Source: Myxococcota bacterium (GTDB lineage: Bacteria; Myxococcota_A; SURF-8; G963663525). From it: a stretch of DNA of 64,000 nucleotides. Location of the stretch: NCBI GenBank assembly GCA_963676915.2, contig CAXXVK010000031.1:1-64000 (forward strand), read 5' to 3'. The notes beneath the pieces are model-generated. The model ran no database searches, was not told the origin of the DNA, and worked only from the letters and a program-made list of their open reading frames with translations. The translations under genes were made by a program, and so were the position numbers. Below are positions 40,720-51,100 of this stretch, in pieces (position 1 is the stretch's first letter; each line of letters starts with the position of its first letter).

Positions 40720-40858
40720 GATAATCCTGCTTTCGATATGACGGAAAACACGAAGGGACCGGGCGGAATTCCTTGCATTCGAACGGTCGCCATACGAGAA
40801 TCAAACAACCTTACAGGCCAACTGTCAATAGCCTGTAGTTATTGGATGCACGAAGACG

Positions 40859-42208
40859 ATGGATTTATTCGATCAACCTGACCGTCCCGACGAAAACGCC
40901 CCTCTGGCGGAGCGCATGCGCCCCCGAACGTTAGAGGAATTCGTGGGACAGGGGCATTTGCTGGGACCGGGAAAATTTCTTCAACGGGTGTTGGAACACG
41001 ACAACGTGCCGTCGCTGATCCTCTGGGGGCCGCCGGGCAGCGGAAAAACCACGCTGGCGACTGTCGTAGCTCACCGAACACAAAGCCACTTCGAATTTTT
41101 CTCGGCGGTGCTGGGTTCCGTCAAAGACGTACGGAAGATCGTGGCTGATGCTGAAGGGCGTCGCAAATACCACGGTCACAAAACGATTCTATTCGTGGAC
41201 GAAATCCATCGATTCAACAAGGCACAGCAAGACGCTTTTTTGCCATACGTCGAAAAAGGCGTGGTTACGCTTATCGGTGCGACGACCGAAAACCCCAGCT
41301 TTTCGGTGATCGGCGCTTTGCTTTCTCGTTGCAAAGTTCTGGCCCTTAAGGCGTTGGAAGCCGACGATCTGGCCGCGATTGTCCAACGAGCGCTGGAGGA
41401 TGAGGTTCTCGGGTTGGGCCGACTAGGACTGACTCTTACCGACGACGCCCGCGAAGCTATCGCCAAGGGAAGTTTCGGCGACGCCCGGAAAGCGCTCAAC
41501 GTACTGGACAGCGCCGCACAACTGGCGATTCAAGACCGAAAAAAGACCATCGATACCGAGTTGGTCGATGAAGCCGCCCAACGCAAAACGTTGCTGTACG
41601 ACAAATCGGGCGATGAGCATTACAACGTCGTGTCAGCTTTCATTAAAAGTATGCGGGGGTCCGATCCCGATGCGGCGCTGTATTGGATGTCCCGGATGTT
41701 GGAAGCCGGGGACGACCCGTTGTTCGTGCTGCGTCGCATGGTGATTTTCGCCTCCGAAGACATCGGCAACGCCGACCCTCGCGCTCTTCAATTGGCTATG
41801 GAGGGTGTGGCCGCGTTTCAGTTCATCGGAATGCCCGAGGGGTGGTTGACGCTTTCCCAGGTTTGTACCTATCTGGCGTGCGCGCCGAAATCCAACGCCT
41901 CGACCGTAGCCATCGGCAAGGCTCGAAAGCAGGTGAAAGAGCACGGTCCGTTACCCGTTCCGCTCAAACTTCGCAACGCGCCTACGTCATTGATGAAAGA
42001 ATTGGATTACGGCAAGGGCTACAATTATCCGCATTCGAAAGGCGGATTCAGCGCCGAACACTACCTTCCCGATGCCTTACGTGGCTCTGTTTTCTATGAT
42101 CCCAACGGGACGGGGTACGAGAAATTCATCAAAGATCGCCTCGATGGGTGGAGAGAACAGGTGCGACAACAGGACGGCTCCGATGAGGAGGACAACAGTT
42201 CCTCTTGA
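40859..42208 (+). CDS. rarA: Replication-associated recombination protein A (AAA+)
   Basis: PLAERMRP, GPPGSGKTT, DEIHRFNKAQQD, GATTENPSF, YDKSGDEHY, SEDIGNADP. Confidence 0.96.
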   Translation: MDLFDQPDRPDENAPLAERMRPRTLEEFVGQGHLLGPGKFLQRVLEHDNVPSLILWGPPGSGKTTLATVVAHRTQSHFEFFSAVLGSVKDVRKIVADAEGRRKYHGHKTILFVDEIHRFNKAQQDAFLPYVEKGVVTLIGATTENPSFSVIGALLSRCKVLALKALEADDLAAIVQRALEDEVLGLGRLGLTLTDDAREAIAKGSFGDARKALNVLDSAAQLAIQDRKKTIDTELVDEAAQRKTLLYDKSGDEHYNVVSAFIKSMRGSDPDAALYWMSRMLEAGDDPLFVLRRMVIFASEDIGNADPRALQLAMEGVAAFQFIGMPEGWLTLSQVCTYLACAPKSNASTVAIGKARKQVKEHGPLPVPLKLRNAPTSLMKELDYGKGYNYPHSKGGFSAEHYLPDALRGSVFYDPNGTGYEKFIKDRLDGWREQVRQQDGSDEEDNSSS

Positions 42209-42268
42209 TTTTCGAACCGTTCTGGTAAAATATGATTCTCATTCCAATTGAAAGAAAGGAGGCTTGCC

Positions 42269-42403
42269 ATGGCTTCCGGCGATGAAAAATATGCCCCGAA
42301 ATTCCTGCGACGCCAAAAACTGCGAGGCGTCGTGATTGTCATTATGAGTTTGCTGTTTTTGACTGGCATGATGTGGGGCAGTCTCCGGCATTTTTTCGAG
42401 TGA
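42269..42403 (+). CDS. 44-aa single-TM small protein (absent from the ORF track)
   Basis: SD AAGGAGG; MASGDEKYAPKFLRRQKLRGVVIVIMSLLFLTGMMWGSLRHFFE*. Confidence 0.7.
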   Translation: MASGDEKYAPKFLRRQKLRGVVIVIMSLLFLTGMMWGSLRHFFE

Positions 42404-42425
42404 AATCCATGAACCGAATCGTTGG

Positions 42426-43067
42426 ATGGTGAAGATGAAGCGAAATCGAGCGATATTTCCGTTGTTGACGTTTGTTTTGTTCCTTTTTCTTGTCGGAACG
42501 GGCTGCGACAAGGAACCGAAACTGACTCTGCTGTATAGTTACGATTTCAATGACGGCACGTTGGGACCGGAATGGAAAAACGAGGGCGGTGACTGGAAGA
42601 TCGTTGATGGGAAACTGGTCAGCAAACGTGCCAAAAACAAAGATCTCGTCTTGATGAAATCCCATCCGGCGGATGTCGCGGTGACGCTCGACATGCTCTC
42701 ACACGACGATAAAGTGGATATCAAGTTCCGAACTCATGGCAATCCAAACGGTGGTGACCTGCACGACGCGGGAGCGTATTCCTACATTCTGGGAGGATGG
42801 AAAGGGAAAATCTCGACCATCACCCGCCTGGACGAGCACGAACCCAATCGTGTGGAGGATCGCGCCACCCGACATAAAAAAGATCATTGGTACAAAATGA
42901 AGGTGATCAAAAAGGGCGGGAAAATCCGTTGGTACGTGGATGGGCAATTGTATCTGACCTATGAAGATGCCGATCCGTTGGCTCCGCCGACCTACGGTTA
43001 TTTCTCTTTCAGCAACTGGGCGACCCGCTGCGAATTCGACAACCTGAAAATTTATCGCGTCGAATAG
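42426..43067 (+). CDS. LamG/concanavalin-like beta-sandwich lipoprotein
   Basis: Lipobox GTGC; YDF.DG.LG.EW....G.WKI.DG.L, GGW, WYVDG.LYL...D.DPL, FDNLKIY. Confidence 0.75.
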   Translation: MVKMKRNRAIFPLLTFVLFLFLVGTGCDKEPKLTLLYSYDFNDGTLGPEWKNEGGDWKIVDGKLVSKRAKNKDLVLMKSHPADVAVTLDMLSHDDKVDIKFRTHGNPNGGDLHDAGAYSYILGGWKGKISTITRLDEHEPNRVEDRATRHKKDHWYKMKVIKKGGKIRWYVDGQLYLTYEDADPLAPPTYGYFSFSNWATRCEFDNLKIYRVE

Positions 43068-43124
43068 CGTAAAAAAGCTCTTTTTTCGTCAAAAACCGCT
43101 CCGTTTGGGGATCTAATCACTTTA

Positions 43125-43220
43125 CAAGTCGTGCAAATCGGTGCAAGGTTGGCCGGGTGAGATCCATGGCGTGTGCCGGATCGCCTGACTTTGGTTTATC
43201 CCACCTTTCTGCATGGCTTG
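43125..43220 (+). ncRNA. Candidate structured cis-regulatory RNA upstream of thiC (family unassigned)
   Basis: 11-bp closing stem CAAGTCGTGCA/TGCATGGCTTG with nested stems GGTG/CACC, CGGGT/GCCTG, GATCC/GGATC and GGC/GCC. Confidence 0.4.
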
Positions 43221-43253
43221 TGCGGTAAGGACAGAATCGTCGAAGAGGAAACG

Positions 43254-44540
43254 ATGAGTGACAATAAAACGCAACGGGAAATCGCCCTGGCAGGAGAGAT
43301 CAGCGACGCGATGAAGCGCATCGCCGAGAAAGAAAATATCGATGTCGAAACCATCCGAAAGGAAACCGCCGAAGGTAGAATGGCGATACCGGCGAATCCT
43401 CGGCATACCAGTCTCGATCCCATTGGTATCGGTCGCTGCTGCACGGTGAAGATCAATGCCAATATCGGAAATTCCGCGTTGGATTCGAACATCGAAACCG
43501 AGTTGAAAAAACTCGAAGCCTGCGTTCATTACGGTGCGGACACGGTGATGGACCTTTCCACCGGTGGAGATCTCAACGAAATTCGTGCGGCGATTCTTGC
43601 CGAAAGCCCGATTCCGGTCGGAACCGTGCCGATGTACGAAGCCATTGCCCGCGTACCGAAGACCGAAGATCTTACGGCGGAATTGCTGCTCGACGTGATC
43701 GAATCTCAAGCCAAGCAAGGCGTGGACTTCATGACGGTTCACGCCGGATTGTTGATGAAACACGTACCACTGGCCAAGAAACGCCTGACGGGGATCGTCT
43801 CGCGGGGTGGTTCGTTGACCGCCGAATGGATGAGTTACCACAAAAAGGAAAATCCGCTTTTCGAGCGCTATGACGACCTGCTGGCTATTGCTCGCGAATA
43901 CGATGTCACCCTGAGTCTGGGCGACGGTCTGCGTCCCGGTTGCCTGGCCGATGCCGGAGACGACGCACAGTTCGCCGAACTTGACATCCTGGGCGATCTG
44001 ACGAGGCGGGCATGGAAAGCCGGTGTGCAGGTGATCGTCGAAGGTCCGGGGCACGTACCGTTCAACCAGATCGAAAGTCAGATGAAACGGCAGCAAGAGG
44101 CTTGCGACGAAGCGCCGTTTTACGTATTGGGACCGATCGTTACCGATATCGCTCCCGGCTACGACCATATCACCTCTACCATCGGTGCAACGGCTGCCGC
44201 TTTCCACGGTGCCTGCTATCTTTGTTATGTCACACCCAAAGAACACCTCGGATTGCCGGATCTCGAAGACGTGCGCAACGGAATTATCGCGTACAAAATC
44301 GCGGCCCATGCGGCGGATATCGCCAACGGACATCCCGGGGCGCGTGATCGTGACGACGCCATGAGTCACGCCCGGCAACTTTTCGACTGGGAAAAACAGT
44401 TCGAAATTTCGCTAGATCCGGACCGTGCGCGAAAAATGCGAATGGAAAATCTCCCGGAAAATTGCCCGGAAAACGGTGATTATTGTACAATGTGCGGACC
44501 GAAGTTCTGTGCCATGCGGATCAGCAAGCGTATCAAGTAA
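43254..44540 (+). CDS. thiC: Phosphomethylpyrimidine synthase
   Basis: [72 protein letters not shown]. Confidence 0.95.
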   Translation: MSDNKTQREIALAGEISDAMKRIAEKENIDVETIRKETAEGRMAIPANPRHTSLDPIGIGRCCTVKINANIGNSALDSNIETELKKLEACVHYGADTVMDLSTGGDLNEIRAAILAESPIPVGTVPMYEAIARVPKTEDLTAELLLDVIESQAKQGVDFMTVHAGLLMKHVPLAKKRLTGIVSRGGSLTAEWMSYHKKENPLFERYDDLLAIAREYDVTLSLGDGLRPGCLADAGDDAQFAELDILGDLTRRAWKAGVQVIVEGPGHVPFNQIESQMKRQQEACDEAPFYVLGPIVTDIAPGYDHITSTIGATAAAFHGACYLCYVTPKEHLGLPDLEDVRNGIIAYKIAAHAADIANGHPGARDRDDAMSHARQLFDWEKQFEISLDPDRARKMRMENLPENCPENGDYCTMCGPKFCAMRISKRIK

Positions 44541-44574
44541 CGTTTGCGGCTCCGGGGGCAAGGGAGCAAGAAGC

Positions 44575-45009
44575 ATGAAAACGATAAGTACCGGGTTTCT
44601 CTTGAGGAAGTCTCGGTGTTTTACGGTGGTGTTTTTTCTCTGCATGTTGTGGTTGCCGGGAGGGGTGATCTCGTGTGGACTGGTCCCCAACAGCGCGGGA
44701 TGTTACGATTACTGCTCCTCGGACTCTGCCTGCAAAAAGCACCTGTACTGCTGGAAAGACACCTGCATACCGCTTGATTGCAAAGAGTGTTACGAAGACG
44801 GCGACACCTGCGAGTTTTTCGTTTCGAGAGAATACGAACAGCAAGATGAAACGCCGACCTCGCAGGATTCATCCGCCGATTGGACCGTTTCAGGAATCGG
44901 GGAGTGCGAATTTCTTACCTGTGGCAGCACGACACAGAATTTCACCCTGAAAAACGGATGCCATCATTATTCGCAGGTCGGTCACGTTATCTGTGTGCCG
45001 TCTTTTTGA
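44575..45009 (+). CDS. Small Cys-rich putative lipoprotein
   Basis: Hydrophobic segment ending VISC; CSSDSAC..HLYC....C pattern. Confidence 0.6.
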   Translation: MKTISTGFLLRKSRCFTVVFFLCMLWLPGGVISCGLVPNSAGCYDYCSSDSACKKHLYCWKDTCIPLDCKECYEDGDTCEFFVSREYEQQDETPTSQDSSADWTVSGIGECEFLTCGSTTQNFTLKNGCHHYSQVGHVICVPSF

Positions 45010-45064
45010 TTTATTTCAAGAAAAACAAGTATTTACAAAGGTCACATTAAAAAAAGGAAATCCC

Positions 45065-46173
45065 ATGTCGTCTACCGTTTACTTCGTCCCGTTTTATCTG
45101 CATCAAAATCAAAAAGGTTTGCTCGAACGTATCAAAAGCGCCTGCCTCGAAGCGGGAGCCGAGCGGAAAATTTCCTCTGGCGATATCTGTGCGATCAAAA
45201 CACATTTCGGTGAGGATGGCCTTGTAAGTTATTTGCGTCCCCCCTATGCCCGAACCTGTGTGGAACTTGTAAAATCCTTTGGAGCCAAGCCTTTTGTGAC
45301 CGATACCAACACACTGTATCGCGTGCAACGACACAACGCTATCGATCACCTCGCCACGGCGCAGCGCAACGGATTCAGCTATGGAACGCTGGGAGCGCCG
45401 GTCATTGTTGCCGACGGTCTGCATGGCCATGCTTATCAGGAAGCGACCGTTCCCAACGGAAAACATTTCGAATCGGTGCCGTTGCCGGATGCGATTCACG
45501 ATGCCGACAGCATGATCGTACTCAGCCATTTCACGGCCCATCTCGCTGCCGGATTCGGGGCTGCGGTAAAAAATCTTTCGATGGGCTGCTCCACGCCTCA
45601 GGGAAAGCGCCGGATGCATTGCCATTCGAAACCTACAGTCGATGAAGACCGCTGCATTGCATGCGGCACTTGCGAACCTTGGTGTCCGACCGGTGCCATC
45701 AAAGTCGAAGATGTCGCCGAAATCGATTCCGAACTCTGTATGGCCTGCGGAGAATGTACGGTGGTTTGTCCGGAACAGGCCGTGCAAATCCCATGGGATG
45801 AAAACACCTCGATTTTGCAAGAAAAAATGGCCGAATACGCCAGCGCCGTTGTGGCTCAGAAAAAAGATCGGCTGTTGCTTATCAACGCACTTGTGGACAT
45901 AACGCCGCATTGCGATTGTATGGCGCATTCCGAACCATGTTTCCGACCGGACCTCGGCGTGTTGGTTGGAGACGATCCCATTGCACTTGATCAAGCCGGT
46001 CTGGACCTGATCAACGGAAAATCGCTTGGAACGGTCACGAAATCGTAAAAGGGACCGAGCAAGATCCACTGATGGAAATCTATCCGAGGATCGATTGGCG
46101 CACCGTGGTGGCTTATGGCGAGAGTATCGGATTGGGAACTAGGGATTATTCCTTGGTTCCATTAATGAAATAA
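45065..46173 (+). pseudogene. DUF362 protein with 4Fe-4S dicluster, frameshifted near 46040
   Basis: IKTHFGE, TDTNTLY..QRHNA, HFTAH...GFGAAVKNLSMGC, two CxxCxxCxxxCP motifs, CDC, DPIALDQA. The family-type C-terminus DW......GESIGLGTRDY.L lies in the next frame and ends at TAA 46173. Confidence 0.82.
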
Positions 46174-46370
46174 AAGCCTGTTTTACGCAGGTTTTGTGAG
46201 AAAAATGCTCTTTTGTTCCTCGCACTTGCCAAACATGGGGAAGATGCAGTAGATTTGGTACGTCGAAAAAGGCGAGTGAATCGTAAACGGGAAATCGAAA
46301 ACGGATTCGCTTTTTCGACGGAATCGAAAAACAATTATCGAATCTTGCATATGTATGCGAGGAGGCCGAA

Positions 46371-46811
46371 ATGGCAGACGTAAAAGTGGTCATCGTAGGT
46401 GAAAAGGACATTCTTGCCGCCGCAGCGTTGTTGGGAACCCAGATTTCGTTGCCTCCCGACAAACTGGTTGCTGCCGTGCAATCGTTCGTGGGAAGCGAGG
46501 ATCACGTTCTGTTGATGGCCAATCTCGACGGCGTGCAAGCCGGTCTGCTGGCGTGTTCGATCGACACCAAAGCCTCATTGTTGAGCGAAAACGGTCCGAG
46601 CGGCTTTATCCTGGCGTTGATCGTGCAACGACTTTTCAAAGGCAAGCCGGTTGTTTCCCAACTTCTGAAAACCGCAGGATTCTGGTTCAAACGTCACGGT
46701 GTCACGGAGATCGTCGCCGAACTGCCCGAAAATCTGGATTTCGAGATCGAGGAATTGAAGAAAAACGGTTTCGCTCTTTCTCGGCAATTGCTGACCATGG
46801 AACTGGAATAA
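46371..46811 (+). CDS. Divergent GNAT-fold protein
   Basis: SD GAGGAGG; GFILALIVQRLFKGK...QLLKTAGFWFKRHGV.EI...KKNGF. Confidence 0.6.
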   Translation: MADVKVVIVGEKDILAAAALLGTQISLPPDKLVAAVQSFVGSEDHVLLMANLDGVQAGLLACSIDTKASLLSENGPSGFILALIVQRLFKGKPVVSQLLKTAGFWFKRHGVTEIVAELPENLDFEIEELKKNGFALSRQLLTMELE

Positions 46812-46861
46812 CCAAGTCCCTACAAAATTCAGCGATCTTTTGATTTGAATAAGGTCTTTGC

Positions 46862-46890
46862 TTGCCAACCGGCATGGAATTTTCTACCAT
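46862..46890 (+). promoter_or_regulatory. Sigma70 promoter of rnpB
   Basis: TTGCCA-17 nt-TACCAT immediately before the RNA 5' end. Confidence 0.6.
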
Positions 46891-46896
46891 AGATCC

Positions 46897-47275
46897 TGCG
46901 GATCGAGTGGGGGAGGTGATCGTGGTGGTGTATGCCACCGAGGAAAGTCCGGGCTCCGCAGGGCAGGGTGCCAGCTAACGGCTGGCGGAGGTGACTCTAG
47001 GGAAAGTGCCACAGAAAGCAGGGCTCCCGGTTTCGACCGGGGAAGCGTGAAAGGGTGCGGTAAGAGCGCACCGGGCGTGGTGGAGACATCAGCCGCATGG
47101 TAAACCCCACCTGGAGCAAGGTCTAATTGGAACGCATCCGTTTAACGGTGAAGAGTAGCCCGCTCGGGACGTTCGGGAAGACCGCTTGAGGACTCAGGCA
47201 ACTGTGATCCCAGATGAATGATCGCCCACCGATTTTCGGTGAACAAGACCCGGCTTACGACCCTCTCGATCCGCA
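46897..47275 (+). ncRNA. rnpB: RNase P RNA, bacterial class A
   Basis: GAGGAAAGTCCGGGCTCC, GGAAAGTGCCACAGAAA, GGTAAACCCC..CTGGAGCAAG, AGATGAATGATCGCC, AAGACCCGGCTTA; P1 TGCGGATCGAG/CTCGATCCGCA. Confidence 0.97.
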
Positions 47276-47337
47276 CTTTTACCAGCGATTCAATTTATTC
47301 CCCCGCGGTACGTTTTCCGCATCCACGGGAGGTTCCC

Positions 47338-48126
47338 ATGTTTCGCCGTGTTTATCCTATCGGAATGTTTTTACTAGGCTTTTTGCTTGGATCGCTGGTT
47401 TTCGGCGAGTGGTTCGAAGACGATGACCCGATGGAGAACGAAGTAGGTTTTCTGGAAACCACCGAAACTCCAGTAGAAAAACAAACGGAAGAATTTTCGA
47501 ACAATCGCTGGAAAAAACAACCGCAGATGGAGCAGGATGCTGAAAAAAAGCCGGAGATTTCAAGAAGAACGGCTACTGCAAGTCCAGGGCAAGCTGCTAT
47601 TGATAAGGAAATTTGTTCGAAACAAACGCTTCATGAACTGAAAAAACTACGCTCCGAAAATGTCTACCTAAAAGATCGCCTGAACGAGTCCGAAGACTAC
47701 CGCCGAGCCGCCGAAGGAGAACCCATCGAGCCTCCCGAAGACTTGCACGAACGTTTCACACAGGAACCCTTACGTGTCGCTGTTGACGAAGCCCTTGAAG
47801 AAACGGGATTTTCGGGGGAAGTCAACCTGGTAGATTGTGAGGAATACCCTTGTATCGTGTCCGGCAGGTTGGATCGGGAAGAACTGGACAACCCGGAAGC
47901 ATTGCATTTGCTGTTCAAAACGGACGCTCTCCAAAACTATAACAAGGATCGTCGACAAATCAGTGTGAACGAAGTCGAGTACATCGATCAGGAGGGCGAA
48001 AAACGAAAAGACGCCTTTTTCTCGATTTCGTTTTATCCCGAAAATGAGAGCGACCGGCAAGCAGCGATTCACGATCGGGTGATCCAACGTGAGCGACAGA
48101 TACTCGATGCGTTTTTAGGACGTTGA
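47338..48126 (+). CDS. Hypothetical membrane-anchored protein
   Basis: SD GGGAGG; N-terminal TM, coiled coil, VDCEEYPCIV motif. Confidence 0.75.
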   Translation: MFRRVYPIGMFLLGFLLGSLVFGEWFEDDDPMENEVGFLETTETPVEKQTEEFSNNRWKKQPQMEQDAEKKPEISRRTATASPGQAAIDKEICSKQTLHELKKLRSENVYLKDRLNESEDYRRAAEGEPIEPPEDLHERFTQEPLRVAVDEALEETGFSGEVNLVDCEEYPCIVSGRLDREELDNPEALHLLFKTDALQNYNKDRRQISVNEVEYIDQEGEKRKDAFFSISFYPENESDRQAAIHDRVIQRERQILDAFLGR

Positions 48127-48186
48127 AAAATCTCTATATGCAACGTCTAATCTTTGTATTCCAAATAGAACCATCGAGGGCGGAAA

Positions 48187-51100
48187 ATGAAAAACCGATT
48201 TTTTAAGGGATTTCCCGTAGTTTGGGTCATGCTCGCCTGTTTGGGATGGCATTGCGACCTATCCAGCTCATCGGTTCCCACAGCCGATGCTGACCCTTGC
48301 CTCGAAGATTCCGACTGTCGAGATGGATACTCGTGTCAAGCTGGGTATTGCATACCTGACCATTCGGACGTTCCCGATGATGACGAATCGGATGAGATCG
48401 CGGACAATGACGAAACCATCGATGTCGCAGATCAGGATGACGATTCAGACAGCGCTGATGATCATACGGAAATAGATACAGACGACGATCCAGAGGAAGG
48501 AAATCCCGCGAATACCTGTATCGCATTGGGTGGAACGTGCCAGCCGGAAGGTTCTTGTCCCGATGGCACAGTGGCAGACGCCGAATCGTTAGGATGCGAA
48601 AGCGGGACGGTTTGTTGTTTTCCGGCCGGTGCTCGTCCGTGCCGGGATTCGGGTGGATATTGCGAACCGCCGGTTGCGTTGGATTGTTACCGCGATGGCT
48701 ATCATCGAAGTCAAGATGTTGTGGGAGAATGCGGAGATTACAATGGCTATTGCTGCGTTCCCGATACCGAATGCCTGGGAGAAGGGCAGACGGGAATAAA
48801 GGGAACGGATCTTTGCTGCTTTAATTTGATCGAAGTAGAGGGTACCTATCCACTGGCGACCGATAGCCAGGACGATTGCAAGCCAGGTTGTGAAAACTGT
48901 TTCTACTGTTCTCGCTGCGGAAACGGGATTTGCGGAGACGCGGAAAACTATTGCAATTGCCCCGAGGACTGCCCGGAACCGTTCGATTATTGTCGAAGTG
49001 TACAAGATTGCGCCAAAGAGGAATGCTATATCAATTCCTCCGATCAATGCGTACAGGTCACGCCGAAATGCGAAGAATATGAGTGCACAAGTACGATGCA
49101 GGCATTCGAAGATCACCTGTGCCTGGATGGACAATGTACCCCAAGAATCTGCCAGCCCGGTGATACGGTGATGCACACCTGCTGGGACGGTGAGCAGGTG
49201 ATGGCCTGCGAGTGTCTCGCCGGAGGAGGCTGGCGTTGTGAGGACGATCCGAACGCGCTTTGTGCTGATGAACCAGTGTGCGGGCTGGAACAGGTTACGT
49301 ATTATTCCTGTCCACATGACAATAGGAGAATAGGTGAATGCTTTTGTGAGGTTGAGGGTTCTCCTTACTGTTCGGAATCGGAACCTGAGGGATGGCGCCC
49401 TGCCGGAACATCGGATTATGTACTAGAAGCTTCCTGTAAAGATTGCCGCGCTGTTTGCCGTCATGTCGGATCGTACAGTGAAGGATGGTACGATTCTTGT
49501 TCGGGTGAAGTGATTGCATGGGGAAATTGTTCGGCGGAGTGGTATTGCAAAGACGACCCCTGGAAAAGTTGCTCCGAGCCGGACCTCTCTTGCGCTGAAG
49601 CGCAAGGGACTTGTCGTCAAGGACGTTGCGAGGACGACGAGTACAACGAGAGTTCGTTCGCATGTGATTCCGGTTATTGTTGTATTCCTATTGTCTTCGG
49701 GGAATGTATGCGCACCGGCGGGTATTGCACAGCAGAAGACGAAACCTGCGAGCTTCCCTATTCATCGATCCTGACAAAATCGGGATGTTCGGAAGAAAAG
49801 AGCCGTTGTTGCGTTTGTCCTTATGAAGATTGCAGTCAACCGACGCAGTGTGAAGATCGTGAGGATTGCCCGGATTCCCATTGTCGAGATATTCGTCCCG
49901 AAAACTGGCCGGAAGAGGGAACCTGGGTTTGCGAAGAAATCAATTTTCATTGTACGTCGGGATCTTGTGAAGCCCAATTTCAATCGTTGGAAAATTACTA
50001 CTGCGATTCTGAAGAAAACCGTTGCGTATCCATGGAGAATTCATGCGAAAGATCTCGTTACGGCTACGGTCATTGCGAGGAATCGATTGATCTTTGTAGA
50101 CTGGGAGAATTCGCGGGAGCAATTGAGTCGGGATGCGAAGATCCTAATCCCGTTTGTTGCCAGCCAAAATATTGCTCACGTGATGCTGAATGTCCCGATC
50201 TGGGGTGTTCGATGGAAGGAAATATTTGTATTTCCTATCGTTCAGGTTGTGGACAAAACTTATGTCATTATCTATCGGTAGAAAATCCGGGACATGTCTG
50301 TACGGAAGATGGCCAATGTGTCGTTTTTCCCGAACCCAACTGTGAACAAGCTGGAGGAACGTGCATCGGATGGGGACCGGAGTGCTCGGAAACCCAGTAC
50401 AACAGCGAACTTTCCTGCGATTACGGTCAGTGTTGTATGCCGCAGGAACTGGGCGATTGCCACCAGCTGGGAGGAACATGTACGGACCCGGAAATCGAGT
50501 GCCCGGACGGAACATATGCCCACGAGCATGCAGACTCCTGTTCCTACTATCGCGATAAATGTTGTTTGCCGGAAGAGTCGTCCTGTCCGTTGGATATTAC
50601 ACAGTGCAGCCAACCGCGTTGTGAACATTTCCGGCTCGACGGACAACTATACTGTCGGGAATTCCAACCTGCGTGTCGTTTGGGGCAATGTGCGGAAAAC
50701 GAAACCCTAACCACCGACAAATATTGTGCTTCAGGTGAGTGTTACGAAGGTCCGGACTATTGCCGAGCCATTGGCGGCTATTGTGTGCAGGGGGATGAAT
50801 GTCCGGGAATTAGAACCTCTGCCATTACGGAGGAACCGGTTTGCGGCGAGGGAGCGGTTTGCTGCTCGGGGTATGGGAGTTATTGGGGCAATACCGGATG
50901 TCCTCCTTACGGTAATTACGATCTCCTTGAGCCATTTTGTTACAACACCATCGAGAATACATGTGTAGGTTTCTCGCCGTTCTGTGTGCCAGATATGCCC
51001 CCCTCTTGGCGGTTGGTAATAGCATCTAGCGAATACGAACAATTCGACTGCATCGACGGCGAATGCGTGGCCCCCAATACTTGCGTGGAACAAGGTGGTC

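Noticed and set aside
43068-43253. Canonical TPP, cobalamin or ZTP riboswitch, or SRP/6S RNA
   Set aside because: The conserved cores could not be assembled by eye; kept only as an unassigned structured RNA candidate.
34440-46060. Programmed frameshifting or stop-codon recoding in the three split genes
   Set aside because: No shared slippery heptamer or in-frame TGA/TAG pattern; assembly indels are more parsimonious.
43122-46069. Long antisense ORFs (418 aa and 340 aa) opposite thiC and DUF362
   Set aside because: No motifs; typical shadow frames of well-supported sense genes.
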